DNA of 64,000 nt from Marsupella aquatica (taxonomy: Eukaryota; Plantae; Marchantiophyta), in the NCBI GenBank assembly GCA_973895155.1, contig OZ316899.1, positions 14,015,934 to 14,079,933 on the forward strand, written 5' to 3'. Positions 59,110 through 64,000 of this stretch are shown piece after piece. The position numbers and the translations under genes were made by a program. Numbering within the stretch: the stretch's first letter is position 1; each line of letters opens with the position of its first letter. The notes beneath the pieces were generated by a model. That model did not search any database, had not been told where the DNA came from, and worked only from the letters and a program-made list of their open reading frames with translations.

Positions 59110-61469
59110 TCATACATGTTTCATGAAGCTGGCGCTCACAATTCATGGAAGGGCCACACAAAATTGTTTTGAATGACAAAGTCCATAGTTGCACAGCACA
59201 GGAATCCATACCATTCAGAGAAAATGGGTTGAAGACTTCATTTAATGCCGCGTCCTCCAGTATCATTGCACAGCAAAAGCACAAATTCTTACCAAATGTC
59301 AAAACTTGGACTGTACCATTCCATTCAAAACTGGAACCATCCTAAACTCCATCCTGACAGAAGCCTTGTTTAGGGTAGTCCCACTATCTCTGCACCCCGG
59401 ACTTGAAGACGTCAAATATTTCCGACACCTCGACAAAAGCGTGATTACAAACTGATATCTGACATTGCCGCCTAAATCCTGCTCATCGCAGCAGCGAGGG
59501 AAGACCTCCACTATATTGAGTTGGACTTCTCTGTGTCCACAAAACAGAGCAATGCCTTTGCCCTAAGAGCTTATCCCAATCCCTCCTTCATTCTGCATAG
59601 ATCACAGGCCAGAAACCCTCCCGAGTTGTGACCCTGCTACAAGCAGAGTTTGCAGATGCAGATGTGATAACCGAGTCGCCTGAGTTGCAGCTAATTGCCA
59701 ACTTCAATCAGACTCGATCGGTCTTGTTTGAAGACTTTTGTTGAGGTTGGAACTTTTGTAGACTTTCCAAGGAACGAAAGCAAACAAACCAAAGTAGTGC
59801 CGTTTGCAAACTTGTGGCAACCGTCACATTCCCAACCAATGGAGAGTGCGAGTAATAATCTTAGTACAGTCAATCATGTCACTGACATATCCAATACACA
59901 GAACTGAACCAAGCAAGAACATGCTAGGTAATTGCTTGCATCGTTTAATAGGAAATTAATTGCTTTGCATCATTTGATAGGGAAATTAAATTCGCACCAA
60001 AGTTTACAAATATCAGTCAACACAACACATCAAGTGCCAAAATTTACAAACATCTTTACAAAATTGGGAGTAACATCCTCCTTACACTCTACCAAAAATG
60101 CTACATGTGTCCCATGACAAAGTGCTCTTGTCACTACAGCTGCGAAGGAATACCGTATGCCCAAAAATAACTCATCAGTCACAAAATCTTGTGTGATGTA
60201 CGAGCCACCACACTCAATGGGGGTCGCGGGTTCCGCATGACTGATTCTCACTAATGACAATTGATCACGTGCAGTGTGAAGCATTTATAGGAGTAGCTTT
60301 TCCGAAGGCAAGGCAAGGAATACTTTGAACCCAGGTGCAATGTCCACAGGAAGCAATCAATGCCCACCTCAGGTGTGTCATCTCAATGCCTTCAACGCGA
60401 GGGCATGTTGCACGACACTCGCAAGCAGTGCATTACCTGTCATCACAATGCTGTTGGTAGAAGCAGATGTTGTACTTGCTACATGAGGTGTCTGTCATGC
60501 CTCCCCTACAAGTAGCTGAGAATGGACGGTAGGGCAGACAGACCTAACATCAATAGTACCTCAGACAGACAGATAGCAGTGGGGGCCGGGGAGAAAGTGG
60601 AGTGGAGGCGTCGAACTGGATGACCGTTGAGGCCGGCCTTGTTATAGCCTAAACACCCCCTCTTGACTAAGTGAGTGAAGCAAATGGTCTACTTTGATTC
60701 GGCTTTCAAGGCAAACACAACATCAAATTTGTCCGAAGGTTTGAAGTGGGAGATGTCAATTCGAGAAGCGTTGTTGATGCTGGCAAGTGGATTCGTGAAA
60801 GTGTTGGTGCAATTGCTCCGTGCACTGTTTGTTGGTTGCAGTAAGTTTGCGCAATGGATCCGGGAGCAAGGTGCCGAGCTGAAGGAGAATAGACCAAAAA
60901 AGGTAGAGATCCGGGGAGAGGAGGTTGCTGCTGAGGTGGGGTCACCACAATTGTTGCATCCGGTGATGTCATCGATGAGCGATGTACTGCAACTGTCATC
61001 GAAGAGCGATGTAGTGCAGCGGCCAAGTGCCCTTCAAGCAAACATGGAAGCGCTGATGAAGCAATGGCGATTTGGCAAAGCAATGGAGGAGCCTGGAATG
61101 TCCCATCGTCAATTTTATGCAGTTGCAGTGGGAAGAGGCCAGGAATTTACATGACTTTGACAGAGGCGAACAATGAAGTGAGCGGATATCCAGGGAATTG
61201 CCATCAGAGTTGGCAGAGGCAGAGTTCTTCCTGATGAGGAAAGGTGTAATGCTTAAGGAGGACTGAACTAGGTTTTAGTAGCTATGGAGTTTTTTAAGCC
61301 CCATGCATGATCGGTGTTTTTCAAATTATCATCTAGAGGCTCAGTAAGGATATCGGCAGGGTTTTTTGTTTGTATTGATGTGTAGGGCAATGATGTTTCC
61401 CCCTCTTACTCCCTAATAAAGTGGTGTTTGGTTACCGTCGAAGTGGTGATTGGCCAATTTGATTGAACC

Positions 61470-62560
61470 CTGGTTAGACAATGAAGATGAATGTCGGGCA
61501 GTTGTTGGGGTGCACGCGTGTTGCTAAATCCGAGTGAATAGGTGACTGAGTGGCTGTAGAACCAATCTCAGCAAGAAGTTGCCAGATGTGAACTGCTTCT
61601 TTGGCAAATTTGACGGATGTGAAGTGCTTCTTTGGCGGTCTCCGAGAGTGCTTTGTACTCAGGTTCAGTAGTACTATCGGAAACAGTTGATTGTAATTTA
61701 CTAGACCAGTATAGAATATAGGGCCATTCGCCAGTCGGAGGAGATTGGCACCCCAAAAGCGTTGAGTTTCAGTGCACCCAAGGAAGCCTGCATCGGTAAG
61801 TCCTTGAAGGGAGGTTGTTGAAAGAGCAAAGAAATGAGATGCCATGGTCGGAAGTTTGCATGTAGATACCGTAGAATATGTTGAACCGAATCCCAGTGAG
61901 TTTCTGAGGAGAGCTCATGTACCGTACCCAATGATGGGTACTGCGTAAGACATGTCTGGTCTAGTGTGAGTGAGGAAGATATATATAAGCTTGCCAACTG
62001 CGTGACAATGATTATGTAGTCGTATCAAAAGGAGCAGTGCGTGTTTCTGTAGTCAAGGCATGTCATTCTTGTAGTGGATTTTTCAAGTGAGTCTCTGGAT
62101 CACTACCAGCAATCAATCAGAAGGTCATCAACATATAACATAAGAATGATAAGGTCACCATTTGAGTGAAAGAAATATAGGTGCATATAGATCTCGTCAG
62201 TTAGTGTCCCATTGAGGGCGGCGGTTACGACATCCATGTGATGTAAATCCCATCCATTTGATACAGTAAGGGCGATGACTGCACGTAAGGTTGGCCACAT
62301 AAAGCATGGGCGAAAGTCTCATTATAGTCGATGCCAATTTTTTGTTGAAATCCGCGTGCAATGAGGCGAGCTTCCACACGGGAGTCAGGCTTAGCCTGAA
62401 ATATCCATTTTGCAGTGAGAGCTCCTCGTCTTGCGGGAAGGTACACAAGTTCCCAAGTTCCCATGTATAGTAGTACAAAATGATTTCATTTCAGCCTGCA
62501 TGGCTTCTTTCCATCCTGGGTCCTTGAAGGCCATCTCGACTAAGAGATTTGTGTAATCAG
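61470..62560 (-). pseudogene. Ty1/Copia RT-RNase H remnant
   Basis: TWELVYLP...KWIF, ARLIARGFQQKIGIDYNETF, LHHMDV.TA.LNG, LYVDDLLI, ILRYL and WSSKLQSTVSDSTTEPEY, spread over several frames with deletions. Confidence 0.88.
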
Positions 62561-62924
62561 GGTTTACTAGGAGTTTCGATTAGATTGGTACTCATCTCAT
62601 AATTGTGCGGTGCCATGATGGAGCCCGACTAGGTCGAAGCGAATGCATGGGAGCTTGGGCTGGTTCTACATGAAGGCGATTGTAATCAGGAATTTATTCG
62701 ATTGAAGGGCCTGTCTCGATGATTGTCCTGCCTTGTCCGTCTCTGCGTTGTCCCGCTCTGCGTCGTGAGCAGGACCACCCCCCTCTAGCGCGGCGTTTAG
62801 GGTGAGAGATTTGTTGCAGAGGTAGTCGTCTATGAGAAGGGATGAAAACAGGTCGATGGCAGCTGAGTGGTCGGTTTTTGGAGTGTCGATGGTGCTCTCA
62901 TCAAATGTGACGCCATTCATTCGG

Positions 62925-63170
62925 AGGAGAGAAAAGATGGTGAGATGAGAAAAAGATATCAATATGAGGAAAAAATGTTGAGGGTGAAGAAAGATGTTGT
63001 GGTGAGATAAAGATGACCAGGTGAGAAAAATATGGCAAAATGAGACAAATATAATATATATGTTGAGGTGAGAAAAGATCTCAAGGTGAGTAAAATATGT
63101 CAAGATGAGCAAAGATCTTGAGGTGAGAAGATCTTAATATGAAGAAAAGATGTCAAGATGAGAAAATATT
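62925..63170. repeat. Degenerate purine-rich minisatellite (approximately TGAGGTGAGAAAAGAT units)
   Basis: Recurrent G(G/A)TGAGAAAA(G/A)AT every 18-20 bp or so. Confidence 0.6.
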
Positions 63171-64000
63171 TTATCTGTATTTTATTTATATTTGAAATTA
63201 TTTCAAAAAAATTAGAATTTTTAATTTATTAATAAAAAAATTCAATTGTGACAGGTATGGGAAGGTTAAAGGGTAGCTTGTGCAGGAACTTATTTTTAGA
63301 AGGGATGTATGGATAGATCTTAAAGTGTGGAAAAAATTATGTTTTAATAAACATTCAAAATTGATTGTCACTTTTTTTAGTTTATAAAGGGTCCGTATCA
63401 TGATTATAGTGGTACATGGTAAAGGGAGGTCTCCTTCATACTCTTGCATTGCTAGAGACCCTCCTTATTTTCTTTGTACTATTAAATTCATTTGGTGCTT
63501 GGAACATTGCTCTCCAATTTCATTCACAAAAGAAATCATTCTTTCATGTTTTTCATTTTGGGGATATTGCAAATTTGAATGACTACTATAATAAAAACAA
63601 GTAACATTTTATTATAGATTTTGATATGGTCTTTGTAATCTAACCTATTTTTAATTATCCTATTTTAATTAAATTACTATCATTATTATATTTTGCAATA
63701 TTGTAATACTTATAATAATATATAGTATCATATATATTATGTACTTTTATATTTCATGTGTATACCTCCTTGATACTCATGCATGTACATTCACTCTCTT
63801 GTTTTGTGTGCCCCATTGGTTCTAGCATTGGCTCCCTACTTTTGTGTCTCCCATTTGATTCCCCGTTTGTTTGGAATGTATTTATTATTTTTTGGTGCAC
63901 ACTAAATTTAATATAACCTTTATTCCTTCTCTTTGACATTATTAATGCTTTTTGGACACTTCAAATTTGAATGACGACCACTTCATAAAAAGGCGCAACC

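Noticed and set aside
56200-60300. Exon-like minus-strand segments around D2
   Set aside because: No recognisable protein, and frames are broken by stops.
60450-61420. Copia 3' LTR and PPT, and ORF 60675-61154
   Set aside because: A purine tract exists near 61398-61414 (minus strand), but there is no adjacent TG start or partner LTR, and the ORF has no recognisable motif.
62925-63170. CRISPR-like periodicity
   Set aside because: Degenerate low-complexity units without unique spacers, in a eukaryotic context.

Overview
Plant genomic DNA (probably a non-seed plant such as a lycophyte or fern, inferred from the retroelement type and GC content) dominated by a nest of Athila-like (non-chromovirus) Ty3/Gypsy retrotransposons. 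The main observation is two related families whose LTRs are very long (about 4.2-4.9 kb) and carry a complete protein-coding gene. Family A occurs four times (1849-6511, 16071-20763, 26673-31526, and a truncated copy at about 49392-53931). Each copy is a single TG...CA-bounded unit with no gag/pol. The three complete copies have perfect 5-bp target-site duplications, so they look like solo LTRs. They encode a protein of about 1200 aa with a PMD/Athila-ORF1-like domain and a long coiled coil, and the ORF is intact in copy 1. Family B (25983-42036, plus a reverse copy B' at about 12713-43917) has gag-pol between LTRs that contain a homologous ORF, which places the gene inside the LTR. A third Gypsy (C, about 43918-55677) has an unknown ORF 3' of pol. 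A non-coding element of about 1.5 kb (D) with AGT...ACT ends occurs twice. Nesting is four levels deep (A in B in D in B'). Host-like sequence is limited to an EDM2-like PHD ORF, an orphan RPL18a terminal exon and a decayed Copia pol.
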